Shown one piece after another: positions 9,617-20,082 of a DNA stretch of 64,000 nt (position 1 is the first letter of the stretch; each line of letters starts with the position of its first letter). The stretch is taken from the IMG/VR virus record IMGVR_UViG_3300037087_000757, one strand, 5' to 3'. The DNA is from an uncultured virus (IMG/VR IMGVR_UViG_3300037087_000757). Taxonomy: Duplodnaviria; Heunggongvirae; Uroviricota; Caudoviricetes. The notes under the pieces were generated by a model. That model did not search any database, had not been told where the DNA came from, and was given only the letters and a program-made list of their open reading frames with translations. The translations under genes and the position numbers were made by a program.

Positions 9617-11602
9617 ATGGAAGATCAGGAAAAAAACCGTATTAAAGAATTAGAAGTTCTTTTGGATGAATGGAATCATGCATACCGTTTCGAGGGTCGT
9701 TCAATCGTTCCAGATTCAGTTTATGATGAACATATGGAAGAACTCGCTGAACTTGATCCTGATAATTCAAGAGTTGTAAAAGTTGGGGAAACACCACCTG
9801 ATGATGAAAGGAAAGAACAACTTCCCATTATCATGGCTTCCATGAACAAATGTAAATCTCTCGAACCCACCGCTGAAAAAAAGAATGAAAGTATCAAAGA
9901 TTGGATGAGGAAAAAAAATATTCCATCCGATACCGTTCTTTGTATCACCCCAAAATTAGATGGTAATTCAATCTGTAATGATGTAAAAAAAGAAAAAGGT
10001 TGGACAAGAGGAGATGGATTTTATGGACAAAATGCTGATCCCCACCTCAAAGATCTTCTTTCCCAATATCCTTCTGATAAAATTCAGAAATTCTTACAGG
10101 ATTATCAATACGCCCCATTTGTTTATACCACAGGTGAAGCCATCATGTTAAAATCTGTATTTCAAAGTAAATATTCCCAAGATTTTGACAATGGAAGAAA
10201 TTTGGTCGGTGGGAATTTCAATAAATATAAACCAGAACTTCGTCCACGATTGATGGATACCTTATATATGAGGTATGGTTTATTTTGTGGAATGGATATG
10301 GATAAGAGTTCTCAACTCGATATTCTGAATCAATATTTCAACAATCCACCGATACCCTACAAACTTCACAAAATTGATGAACTGACTACCGAATACCTTA
10401 AAAGTCTTTTCAGTGAATGGGTAAAAATTTGGGACATTGATGGTCTTGTTATTGAAGTTAACGACAAAGATTTACGAAATAAAATTGAACCCGAAAGGTC
10501 AACCAAAGATAATCCTGAAGTAAGAAATCCGGGATTCGCCCGTGCATACAAAGCATCATTCGAAGAAGTTAAGCAAACCACTGTTATTAAACTGATACTG
10601 GAAGTCAGTAAAATGGGAAATGTTATTCCTGTAGCTGAAGTCGAACCTGTTATATTGGATGGAGCGGAAGTTACTCATGTAACTATTAACAACGCCAAAT
10701 GGGTTTATGAACTTGGTATCGGAAAAGGCGCAATCATAAAGATTTGTAGATCAGGTATGGTTATTCCATATCTTGTTGATGTTGTAAAAAAGTCAGATGA
10801 ACAATTCCTTTTCCCATCAACTTGTCCTTGTTGTGGAACAACTTTGATTTGGAACGATAAGAACACACATCTTATGTGTACCAACGAAAATTGTCCTGAT
10901 CGAATCATCAAACAAATTACTTCTTTCTTTGATATTCTTGATGTTAAGGGGGCTCGTGAAACAACATTTCGTCAATTATACAACTCTGGTTACAATACCA
11001 TCCCAAAGATTCTAGCGATGTCTGTTGATGATTTCAAGTCTCTTGACAGAATGGGTGATAGTAAATCGTCAAATGTTTATGACGCCATCCATTCCAAAAT
11101 TGATGGAATTACACTTTCGAAACTTCAACATGCTTCTGGATTCTTCACTGATCAGAATACAGGATTTAGTCTTGGTAGTAAGAAACTTGTCCTATTGGAA
11201 CACTTCACCCAGAAACCATCTGTAAGTGAAGTTCAGAAAATAAAGGGTTTTGCTGAATCATCCGCTCTGGTTTATTGTTCTAATTATGATCGTTTTTTCG
11301 AATGGATGAAAACACTTCCTATCACTATTAAAAAAGATGAACCATTTGTCGCCACAGGAAGTAAATGTGTCGGGATGACTTTCATCTTCACAGGAATTCG
11401 TAGGAAAGATCTTGAAGTGATTATTAAAAATGAGGGTGGAAAAGTTACTGATACTATGAGTAGAAGTTGTACTCACCTTATCAGAAAACCATTAGCTAAT
11501 GGTAAAATGTCAGGTAAGGAAGAAAAGGCACATGAATACGGAATGGTAATTTGGGGTGTTGAACAACTCGAATCATTTCTTGGATATGTAAAACCGAATT
11601 AA
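9617..11602 (+). CDS. ligA: NAD-dependent DNA ligase
   Basis: Ia domain (PDSVYD), KLDG, TRGDG, IDGLV, OB fold (EPVILDGA), CPCC...C...C zinc finger, HhH, C-terminal BRCT (FIFTG...GGKV). Confidence 0.95.
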   Translation: MEDQEKNRIKELEVLLDEWNHAYRFEGRSIVPDSVYDEHMEELAELDPDNSRVVKVGETPPDDERKEQLPIIMASMNKCKSLEPTAEKKNESIKDWMRKKNIPSDTVLCITPKLDGNSICNDVKKEKGWTRGDGFYGQNADPHLKDLLSQYPSDKIQKFLQDYQYAPFVYTTGEAIMLKSVFQSKYSQDFDNGRNLVGGNFNKYKPELRPRLMDTLYMRYGLFCGMDMDKSSQLDILNQYFNNPPIPYKLHKIDELTTEYLKSLFSEWVKIWDIDGLVIEVNDKDLRNKIEPERSTKDNPEVRNPGFARAYKASFEEVKQTTVIKLILEVSKMGNVIPVAEVEPVILDGAEVTHVTINNAKWVYELGIGKGAIIKICRSGMVIPYLVDVVKKSDEQFLFPSTCPCCGTTLIWNDKNTHLMCTNENCPDRIIKQITSFFDILDVKGARETTFRQLYNSGYNTIPKILAMSVDDFKSLDRMGDSKSSNVYDAIHSKIDGITLSKLQHASGFFTDQNTGFSLGSKKLVLLEHFTQKPSVSEVQKIKGFAESSALVYCSNYDRFFEWMKTLPITIKKDEPFVATGSKCVGMTFIFTGIRRKDLEVIIKNEGGKVTDTMSRSCTHLIRKPLANGKMSGKEEKAHEYGMVIWGVEQLESFLGYVKPN

Positions 11603-11615
11603 TATTTTAAATATT

Positions 11616-11999
11616 ATGATAGATCAAATAGACCTTGGAATTGATAGTTCTTTTTATAAAAGCTATATCAATTTAATTAATATGAACGGTGAGGGCCATC
11701 CAGAATGGATATCTATACTTTCCTCACAAAGAAACGAATTGTTGAAAGATAAGAAAAAACTCAAATTTTGGGGTCGATTATTTTTCAGGAGATATACAGA
11801 TTGGATAAAGACCAATGAAATAAAAAAATATACAAAAGTAGTTTACATTCCAGAAGGAAATATCCTCTTTTTTGATGTTCCTATTCGTAGGCATACTTAT
11901 GTTGAAAAATATGAGGTTTGGGCGAAAGGAAATCTCAAAAATGGCGAAATTTCTTACAAAGAAAATTTTTTAGGAACAGGAAACTATCAAAAACATTAA
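11616..11999 (+). CDS. Hypothetical protein
   Basis: ORF in tightly packed co-directional run. Confidence 0.55.
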   Translation: MIDQIDLGIDSSFYKSYINLINMNGEGHPEWISILSSQRNELLKDKKKLKFWGRLFFRRYTDWIKTNEIKKYTKVVYIPEGNILFFDVPIRRHTYVEKYEVWAKGNLKNGEISYKENFLGTGNYQKH

Positions 12000-12006
12000 A
12001 ATTCAA

Positions 12007-12195
12007 ATGAAAAAAATAAAAGGTGTAAGTGGTTGTTGTGGTGCAGAAATGTACGAAGCACCCGCTTATTATTGTACCCAAATGGACAAAGTTCCTATGG
12101 TCAAGGTTTGTTCTAATTGTGGATGTAAAACAACTCCAGACTTATTCGGAACATTAAAAATAAAAAAACCCACTATAAAAATTAAACTCAAATAA
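12007..12195 (+). CDS. Small Cys-rich protein, possible zinc finger
   Basis: SGCCGA...CSNCGC. Confidence 0.55.
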   Translation: MKKIKGVSGCCGAEMYEAPAYYCTQMDKVPMVKVCSNCGCKTTPDLFGTLKIKKPTIKIKLK

Positions 12196-12208
12196 AAAAT
12201 CAAATCAA

Positions 12209-12583
12209 ATGACACAAGAAGAAATCCGATTCGAGAACATGATGTCCAGTGACCAAGGAAGTTGGTGGCCGTGTTCGAAAGACAAAGATGGTAAATTGTA
12301 CCTCAGTTTAGGAACTATCCTCCATTTCATCTATATGTATGGAAGCTTTAACATGGCTGAAACTTGTCAAGTTGGAGATTACAAAGTTACATATCAGGGT
12401 GAAGAGGCAGCGACATTTGAAATGTCAGAAAAATATCATATACCTGTTTTCAAATTCATTGAAAAATATAAGTATATGAGTGACAATCAGGAAATTTTTC
12501 TTCGTGGCTTGGATAACGACAAACATATAGAATGGAGAAAGAAATATGATCACCTGAGAGAGATATTAACAATTAATTTCTAA
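12209..12583 (+). CDS. Hypothetical protein
   Basis: ORF in co-directional run. Confidence 0.55.
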   Translation: MTQEEIRFENMMSSDQGSWWPCSKDKDGKLYLSLGTILHFIYMYGSFNMAETCQVGDYKVTYQGEEAATFEMSEKYHIPVFKFIEKYKYMSDNQEIFLRGLDNDKHIEWRKKYDHLREILTINF

Positions 12584-12590
12584 AAGAAAA

Positions 12591-13052
12591 ATGGAATTTA
12601 TATTAACACAAAAATATCAATTCAGAAAGAAGTGTAAGGATGGTCATAGAAGGAATTATTTGATTTATTTCCTGAATGATATTCAGATATTAAAGCAAAA
12701 AATACCTTTTGACACATCTTATAAAGCTGGTCATGATTGTCGAACTCATATAGATGATGATTTTCTTTTAAATGGTTGTATTCATCAAAAAAGAAAAAAC
12801 GGACTTGAATATCTGAGTAGTGAAGAACGAATTAATTTTCAAAGGTCCATTACACTATCCGATACTCTTGATGGAGAAAAGAAAAAACATTCTATGACAA
12901 TACCACCTACATTCAGTATTGATAATCCATATGGTGTTAAGTATACAAAAAAAGTTAAAATAAGAACCACCAGATTTCCAGTTTCTAAGAAAATTCTCAA
13001 ACAACTTGAAGTCCCGAATGATTTAAAAATTGAATTATCAGAATCTAAATAA
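12591..13052 (+). CDS. Hypothetical protein
   Basis: ORF in co-directional run. Confidence 0.55.
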   Translation: MEFILTQKYQFRKKCKDGHRRNYLIYFLNDIQILKQKIPFDTSYKAGHDCRTHIDDDFLLNGCIHQKRKNGLEYLSSEERINFQRSITLSDTLDGEKKKHSMTIPPTFSIDNPYGVKYTKKVKIRTTRFPVSKKILKQLEVPNDLKIELSESK

Positions 13053-13058
13053 ATATTT

Positions 13059-13370
13059 ATGAAAACATTACTTTTAACTCTGTGGATGATTGTCACAGTA
13101 ATTCTTACACTAACCATTGTTGGGATGTTACTTTTTATTCCAGAAAGTAATTCTAAAAAATCAACATGGATGGAAATCGGAAAAAATTTAAATGCTTCCG
13201 TAGAAGATAATAAATCTTGGTATTTTTTCATTATCTGGATATTATTTACTATCATTTTAACTTGTAGTGTTTACGGGATGCTTATTTTTATTCCTAATGA
13301 TTGGAGTGAACCCTCAACTTGGATGGAAATGGGGAGTGATATAACTTATTCAATAACGAAATCAAAATGA
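13059..13370 (+). CDS. Membrane protein made of two tandem repeats
   Basis: W...TVILTLTIVGMLLFIP...STWMEIG repeated as W...TIILTCSVYGMLIFIP...STWMEMG. Confidence 0.65.
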   Translation: MKTLLLTLWMIVTVILTLTIVGMLLFIPESNSKKSTWMEIGKNLNASVEDNKSWYFFIIWILFTIILTCSVYGMLIFIPNDWSEPSTWMEMGSDITYSITKSK

Positions 13371-13729
13371 AAGACTATCTGAGGAAACAAATCCGTTATT
13401 CGATTTTCCTTTATTTTCTACCACTTATCATCCTTTTTGGATGTAAAACTAAAATGGATGTAAAAGTTCCTGATGATATAAAAACTCCTTGTGTTATCTA
13501 TTTTTCTGCTACTTATTGTGGATGGTGTAAAGCTTTTAATCCATCTTGGAATGAGGTTAAAAATGATCCTGAATTCAAGAATATCACATTTTATGAAAAT
13601 ATAAATGAGGAATTATTCGACATTCAATCCGTTCCTACTCTTGTGTATATTGATAAAAACAAAGAAGTAATAAAAAGAGTGGGTTATACTGGAAAAAAAT
13701 CATTCAAAAAACATTTAAAATCATTGTAA
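13367..13729 (+). CDS. Thioredoxin-fold lipoprotein
   Basis: LFGC lipobox; FSATYCGWCK (CxxC); SVPTL cis-Pro motif. Confidence 0.8.
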   Translation: MKDYLRKQIRYSIFLYFLPLIILFGCKTKMDVKVPDDIKTPCVIYFSATYCGWCKAFNPSWNEVKNDPEFKNITFYENINEELFDIQSVPTLVYIDKNKEVIKRVGYTGKKSFKKHLKSL

Positions 13730-13731
13730 TT

Positions 13732-13923
13732 ATGTACGAATCACAAGAAAATATATTAAGGAAAAAATTACAAAGATTACAAAGAACAATTTTTCGATTT
13801 CTGGAAAATGTGACAATTCAGGGAATGCCATATGACGATAGTGAATATGATAAATTAGCAAAAGAGGCTGGTATCGAATATGATGAAAAGAAAGAAAGAT
13901 GGGTAAAGAAAATAAAATTCTAA
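13732..13923 (+). CDS. Small hypothetical protein
   Basis: 63-aa ORF in operon; DDSEYDKL echoes the LigA Ia motif. Confidence 0.5.
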   Translation: MYESQENILRKKLQRLQRTIFRFLENVTIQGMPYDDSEYDKLAKEAGIEYDEKKERWVKKIKF

Positions 13924-13986
13924 AATATTTTTTTATTCCATATTTTTTACTTATATTTAATCAACATTAATAAAGAAAGGATTTAT

Positions 13987-14553
13987 ATGTTTTTCGTTTA
14001 TTCAATTATCATGTTTTTATTTTTCTCTACTGTATCCATTTTCACTATGGTCTTGACAGGAAATAAAGAAGTGTTTCTTCCAATTACTATCGCCTTTTTT
14101 ATTTTAGCATTAGGATGGACAATAGTTGGATTTTTTATCAATCTAACACAATGGGATCTACAAATTAAAAGATTTGAAGGTGTAAGAAAAATCAAAAAAC
14201 TTTTGAAGATTAAGCGTACTCAATTCGAAGAATTGAAAGGTGATTGGATTAAATATCTATCAGTGGAATATCCTGATTTCGAAAAAGGAGTTTTTGAAAA
14301 AATGAGTCCTCAGGAAAAATCAGATTTGAAGATGTATTTTGTTAAATATCCAGAATTAAGTGCCAGTTCCATGTTTACACTTCTTATTCAGAAGATAAGT
14401 GGAATGTCAGATGAAATCTTTCATCTTGATAAAGATTTAGAATGGGAATCCGCACAGATTCGTAGTCAATTTCAGAATCGTTGGTTAATTATTAAACCAG
14501 AGATTCCAAAAGATATTAAAGATATGGTTTACCGTTTAGAAGAAGCTGTGTAG
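13987..14553 (+). CDS. Membrane protein, two TM helices plus coiled coil
   Basis: Hydrophobic N-terminus; own promoter motif at 13925-13959. Confidence 0.6.
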   Translation: MFFVYSIIMFLFFSTVSIFTMVLTGNKEVFLPITIAFFILALGWTIVGFFINLTQWDLQIKRFEGVRKIKKLLKIKRTQFEELKGDWIKYLSVEYPDFEKGVFEKMSPQEKSDLKMYFVKYPELSASSMFTLLIQKISGMSDEIFHLDKDLEWESAQIRSQFQNRWLIIKPEIPKDIKDMVYRLEEAV

Positions 14554-14592
14554 CAGAGGTAAACTTGTTTTCATTTGGTTTTTGGTTTGACA

Positions 14593-14627
14593 GAAAGAGG
14601 GGAGTGGTTTCCCCTCTTTCGTTTTTT
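14593..14627 (+). terminator. Intrinsic terminator
   Basis: GAAAGAGGGGA-GTGGTT-TCCCCTCTTTC followed by GTTTTTT. Confidence 0.85.
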
Positions 14628-14699
14628 ATATCCTCATAAGAATATATTTCTTTTTCAACACCACATTTTTAATATATAAAGAAAAGAAATCAATGAGGA

Positions 14700-16820
14700 A
14701 TGGCAGCAACACCAACCAAAAAATTAGTTAACCTAAATCCCAACATACTTTTGGAATATGAATACAACAGTGCTATTATTAGTGAGAATTATAGCGTATG
14801 GAGTGATTTATCAAAAGGAACAAGGAATTTCGTATCTACAACGAATTATAATGACATAAATCATAATCTATTTCAAGTAGATCCAGTTTTGAAAAAATAT
14901 GCTAAAATTGACCCATCTAAATTCAATTTTTTAAAAGTACAAAATTATTTCACTGCTCCCGTAACATATGACAGAGTGAGGTTATATTTACCAAATAATT
15001 ATAATTTCGATGTATATTTTGGATTTCTTTTAAATTTTTATTCTTACGACTATTATAATAAAAAACAATATTGGTTCAGTAATTATTTCTTTGATAAAAC
15101 AGATATAAAAATAATCAATGGAACGCAAGAATATGCTGAATTCCTAATTAATCTTGGACAACCATTTCTTTACAATGGAAAAGAATGGGGGAAATACATT
15201 GAATTCTTTATTCCATCATTACAAGATGTAAGCAATCAAAGAGATATCAATACTAATGTAAATAGAGTAACACCTGATTCCATTAATGATCACCTAACAA
15301 ATGGTGTCGGATTAAGTACTAATAATCCTATTTTTGTTGAATTTTCTTTTCTCGTAAGTAAAACAAATTCATTTGGTACAGATTATTATTTTCTTGGAGA
15401 TACTGCAAAATTATCATTATCCAGACAACCAGAATATCAAACACTTGGAGTCACTGTTCAAGAATCAACTAATTGGGATTTCTTTGAAATATTCGGAACT
15501 TATAATAACTCGAATGAAAATCTTGATAACTTCGTAAACGATTTAGAAAATCAAGGTAAGAAAATTAATATCGAATATGTTGTTACTTTATTCGAAGAAA
15601 ATTTAGTGAGTGGATTCCCAACCACCTTTTTAGTAACAGAAAATTTTGCACAAAAAATAGAATATAGACCAATTATAAAGTATTCGAATACGACCGCGGC
15701 TATTGATGTTGAAATGAGGGTCATGGATTTAGTTGACAATAGTTCAATTAGTAGATTCGCTTCGATTGGATTAACCAGTAATCTTTTAAAATATGGAAAG
15801 AAATTAGCTATGTTGGATGTTTCAACAGTAACTAAACCCAAGATCTATAATTATAAAGCAGATAAAATTATGAATTTTGGATCTTCTGCTCCAAACACAA
15901 CAAATTTGAATGTTGTTAAAGTTTCATATCCGATCTTGGTTAATAACTATAAGATTTTAGCAAGTAATTTCGCCAATAGTCAGGGAGATTATAAATCAAT
16001 GGGAACTTTAAACATTATATTAACTCCTTTCGACAATGTGATGAAATTTCAAATTGCAAAACAGGATTCAGCCAATGCTCCAATCGTACCATATGATTTA
16101 AGTCAAATAATGTTGAATAGTAAATTATCTCTTGTTTTTAAATCAGATACAAAGATGATTGAAAAGGATATTTATTATCAAAGTGGAGATAACAATTTCC
16201 CGATGGGTATTGTCGTATTTAAAGTTAATCAGGAAGATATTCCAACATTAAAACAAATGGTAAAAACTAATTCAGATAATTTCTACATTATATTGAATGC
16301 TAATAATGTCAAATCTTTGTTATATTCTGGTAAATTTAAAATTTTCGAAAACATCAAATTTATAGATATTCAACAAAGTACCATACTTCCACTCACGACA
16401 TCAGGTACGACATCAGGTACGACATCAACAACCACGAATACTGGAACTACAACACAAATTGAGAACACACCACCACCTCAATTCGATGCTAACGGTATAC
16501 CTGTTATAAATCCAAATTCCAGAGGTCAGTTAGATTATTATAGAAACTTAGTTGTTTATGCAAAACAAAATTTGACAAATACTCAATTAACCACATTAAA
16601 AAATGAAATCGATTCAATCGGAACTTTGAGTTATTACCATAATGGGGCCTTTGTAGTATCAAGAGTTAAGGTTGAAGATATTCAAATTTTACAAAGAGAT
16701 ACGAAAGTTGATGTTGTTTATCAAATGAAATTAGATTTTGGATGGACCAAAAAAACAAACACCACTCAAAATATAACTAATACTATTTCATTATCGAATA
16801 ACAATACATCCTCGGCTTAA
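14700..16820 (+). CDS. Probable virion structural protein, 706 aa
   Basis: Late motif at 14668-14678; beta-rich composition; adjacent to fibre array; no diagnostic motif recognised. Confidence 0.5.
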   Translation: MAATPTKKLVNLNPNILLEYEYNSAIISENYSVWSDLSKGTRNFVSTTNYNDINHNLFQVDPVLKKYAKIDPSKFNFLKVQNYFTAPVTYDRVRLYLPNNYNFDVYFGFLLNFYSYDYYNKKQYWFSNYFFDKTDIKIINGTQEYAEFLINLGQPFLYNGKEWGKYIEFFIPSLQDVSNQRDINTNVNRVTPDSINDHLTNGVGLSTNNPIFVEFSFLVSKTNSFGTDYYFLGDTAKLSLSRQPEYQTLGVTVQESTNWDFFEIFGTYNNSNENLDNFVNDLENQGKKINIEYVVTLFEENLVSGFPTTFLVTENFAQKIEYRPIIKYSNTTAAIDVEMRVMDLVDNSSISRFASIGLTSNLLKYGKKLAMLDVSTVTKPKIYNYKADKIMNFGSSAPNTTNLNVVKVSYPILVNNYKILASNFANSQGDYKSMGTLNIILTPFDNVMKFQIAKQDSANAPIVPYDLSQIMLNSKLSLVFKSDTKMIEKDIYYQSGDNNFPMGIVVFKVNQEDIPTLKQMVKTNSDNFYIILNANNVKSLLYSGKFKIFENIKFIDIQQSTILPLTTSGTTSGTTSTTTNTGTTTQIENTPPPQFDANGIPVINPNSRGQLDYYRNLVVYAKQNLTNTQLTTLKNEIDSIGTLSYYHNGAFVVSRVKVEDIQILQRDTKVDVVYQMKLDFGWTKKTNTTQNITNTISLSNNNTSSA

Positions 16821-17324
16821 AATCCACTTAATTCGATAAAACCAGTTGATGTTGATCCTGTTAATGTCACCGAAGTATTTGATATACTTGTTACAATCGC
16901 TGTTAAATTTTGTGATAGAATTTGTGGGGTATAAAGAAAAGCTGTCGGATAAGTATAAGTTACAGTACCTAATAAAGCATCACAATAAATAATTACTTTT
17001 TTATAAGAACTACCAACAAAAGGTTGATTACAAATAGTATTTCCCGATGTTGATCCACTTAAATTTAAATTTGTAACTTCTATTGAAAATGTTCCTCCAG
17101 ATACTAATATATTTCCATTTTTAACTACAAATTTTTCGGATGGAGATGTTGTTCCTATACCAACATTACCAGAATTTATATTCCATATAGCACCTGTTGT
17201 CGATCCACTCCAAAATCCATTACCACTTGTACCACTTGTTCCATCATTACCTTTTTGACCACTCGTAATTGGTGTACTGATATGAGTAGCAAAATGATTA
17301 CCAGAATGTAATAAATGTACCACC

Positions 17325-18742
17325 GTTAAAATAAATCTAACAAAATCTACAATCTTGTTAAATTTGATTCTTCTTGTTTCATCGTATCATTACTTCTTAG
17401 ATTCATTTCTGAATGTTCGTCCATAAGCGGATACTCCACAAGCGTAAGTTCGGTAGAACGGCTACCTACAATTCTTTTTCCTTCGTTTACTATGTTCGTT
17501 GCTGCATTGAAATCTCTTGAATGGTGCGTACCACAATCAGGACACACCCAATCTCTTTCTTTCAATGATAAGTTTTTATACTTATATCCACAGTTTGAAC
17601 ATAGTTTACTTGAAGGAAACCACCTGTCTATCACAACCAAATCTCTACCATACCATTCACATTTATACTTTAATTGTCTAAATGTTTCATTAATTGATAA
17701 GTCTTGAATTAATTTTGCTAAATGATGGTTTTTCATCATACCACTAACATTCAAATTCTCAATAACTATCGTTTGGTTCTCACGAACTAATTGAGTTGTA
17801 ATGTTATGTATGTAATTTATCTTAATATTATTTAATTCTTCATATTTTCTTGCAAGTTTTACCTTGGCTTTATATCGGTTATGACTACCAACAACTTTTT
17901 TTGACAACTGGCGTTGCAGTTTAACCAATGTCTTTTCATTATTCTTTCTTAATTTCAGGTTATTGAAAACCTGACCATCGGAACAAACCATAAAATCTTT
18001 AATACCAACATCAATACCAATGATGTCATTGGTCGGATTTACCATCGGTTCTATAATATTTTCAATCAGAATTGATAAAAAATATTTATCAGATTTGGTT
18101 CTGGATAGTGTTGCTGACTTGATTTTTTCTTTATGTGTAGCCAAATAATTTCTATCCCTGTCTGAACATTCAAATTTAACTTTTTTCAATGGCTTACCAA
18201 GCGTTACACGGTTATCTGAATAAATATTATACTTTGATATACCTTCAATTGGGAATCGTGCCGATTGATTATCGTGTTTTGATTTATATTTTGGAAACCC
18301 ATTACCATTGATGAAAAATCGTTTGTATGCGTCAGTTAAATTTAGAACGGCTTGTTTCAACACTTTGGTATTATGTTCATTCAGGTATGAAAACTCTTCT
18401 GTCTTGGTTAGTTCATTATGAAAGTAATGACCAAGTTCAGTTAGACCTAAACTGATTTTATCTGTGTTGTAAGCGTTTATCTTCTTTTCCAGACACATAT
18501 TATATACTTTACGATATGAACCACACAAGCGGTTGATATAACTTGTTTGAGTTTTCGTTGGATATAATCGTATTTTAACTGCTTTCAACATAGATTTACA
18601 ATTCAGGGTGGACTTTAACACCCTTTCTTATAAATACTATATATTAATTAAAAATACCGATTTTTTCCATATTTATTTTTACTTGTAAGTTTTGTTAATT
18701 TCTTGTAGATAATATTAGATTTTTATTAGCAGTTGGTTAACC
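17325..18742 (-). mobile_element. Non-autonomous IS607-like element carrying tnpB only
   Basis: GG dinucleotide at both junctions (18742-18741, 17324-17323); imperfect inverted subterminal repeats AAATCTAA-N4-ATCTACAA; no tnpA. Confidence 0.7.
17347..18591 (-). CDS. tnpB: RNA-guided endonuclease TnpB
   Basis: MLKAVKIRLYPT HTH start, RuvC GIDVG / IENL / RDFNAA, CSNC...CPDC zinc ribbon; ATG 18591 preferred over GTG 18621. Confidence 0.92.
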   Translation of the reverse strand: MLKAVKIRLYPTKTQTSYINRLCGSYRKVYNMCLEKKINAYNTDKISLGLTELGHYFHNELTKTEEFSYLNEHNTKVLKQAVLNLTDAYKRFFINGNGFPKYKSKHDNQSARFPIEGISKYNIYSDNRVTLGKPLKKVKFECSDRDRNYLATHKEKIKSATLSRTKSDKYFLSILIENIIEPMVNPTNDIIGIDVGIKDFMVCSDGQVFNNLKLRKNNEKTLVKLQRQLSKKVVGSHNRYKAKVKLARKYEELNNIKINYIHNITTQLVRENQTIVIENLNVSGMMKNHHLAKLIQDLSINETFRQLKYKCEWYGRDLVVIDRWFPSSKLCSNCGYKYKNLSLKERDWVCPDCGTHHSRDFNAATNIVNEGKRIVGSRSTELTLVEYPLMDEHSEMNLRSNDTMKQEESNLTRL

Positions 18743-20082
18743 CTTCCAGTATATGTAGATATTCCGAAAACTTTAAGTATTATTCTATCATTTAAATTTA
18801 CGGTTATTCCTGATGTGGTATAATACTCCATATCAGATTCAGTAGGATTTAATGGATCATCTGATTGTATATCTGCTGATTGTATGGTCGATATTAATGT
18901 TTCCGTACCTCCAGTTGTTCGAGCATAAATATCCGCCACCAAATGATTAGAAGAGAATGGAGTAGGTCCATCTATATATCCATAACTATGAAATTTCCAA
19001 AGACCAGCTGGTATAAGATTAATTTTTGGATCATCTATCTCCGTTATATATGATTGAATATAATATTTTTCTGAGGTTGATCCTGTTATAGTGACAAAAT
19101 CATCATTCTCTGGTTTTACAGGAAACCATCTATTTAACTCATAAGTGGTTCCAGATAAATCGGATAAAATATCATCCAAATAATAATCTATTCCAATTAC
19201 TTGACCATCTTTACCAGAACTTCCCGATGTTCCTGCCCCACCAACTCCACTTTGAATAAATGAAATAAAATAATCTTCCCCTAAAACCAAATTACCATTC
19301 GATGTTAAATTTGTAAAACCTGATATTAAGTTGACAGTTATTGTTGGTTTCGTATTCGAAGTTAATGATAAGTTATAAATACCAAATATTGAAGCATCTG
19401 ATTTGCTTTCTATTTTTAGAGTTCCTGTTACCCATGTATTCAACCAATTATCTTCTAATTGACTGTCTAAATCAGATGTACTTATTTTTAATTTATTGAC
19501 TAATGATAAACTATAATTACCGGGATATGTATCATTACCAGCCCAAAATGTACCAGCTGGTGGTAAAGATAAAGTCGAAAATTGCCATACTCTTGAAGCA
19601 CCTCCATATCCACCACTATATCCTGATGTCCCACTTGAACCGTAAAAATTACCATCTATCCCTGATGATCCACTACTCCCAGAAAAACCACTTGTTCCTG
19701 TGTATCCACTTGAACCACTCGAACCTGTCTTTCCACCTGTTCCACTTGAACCAATACCACTTGTTCCACTCGTACCACTCAATCCACTCTTACCTGATGT
19801 TCCCGCTGTACCATCTCCACCATCTATCCCTGATGTGCCAAATGTCCCATTTACACCACTTGTACCCGATGATGTAGATCCCGTTACTAAAGTCAGATAT
19901 GTAATTCCACTTTGTATATGGGTTATATTACCATATTCGTCTAATTCCCATAAACCTTTATCATCCTGACCAAGATAGATGTTACCTGATTCTGGTGGTG
20001 TTATTGATGCTGGATCAATCTTTTGAATTTTTATAAAAGACATTTAAAAGGTAAAGTTTTCTTATATATATAAAAACTTACC

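Larger units (their letters stand above)
16817..20043 (-). pseudogene. GTS-repeat fibre paralog split by an IS607-like element (5' part 20043-18742, 3' part 17323-16817; about 602 aa when rejoined)
   Basis: Joining at the shared GG gives in-frame ...STYTGR|VVHLLHSGNHFATHISTPITSGQKG...; the 3' part has SGT triplets and a GNVGIGT fibre motif. Confidence 0.8.

Noticed and set aside
16395..16427. ACGACATCAGGT tandem repeat
   Set aside because: It encodes a short TTSG linker within 14700-16820; no sign of separate function.
17325..18742. IStron (self-splicing group I intron plus IS)
   Set aside because: Only about 150 AT-rich nt lie upstream of tnpB, too short for a group I catalytic core.
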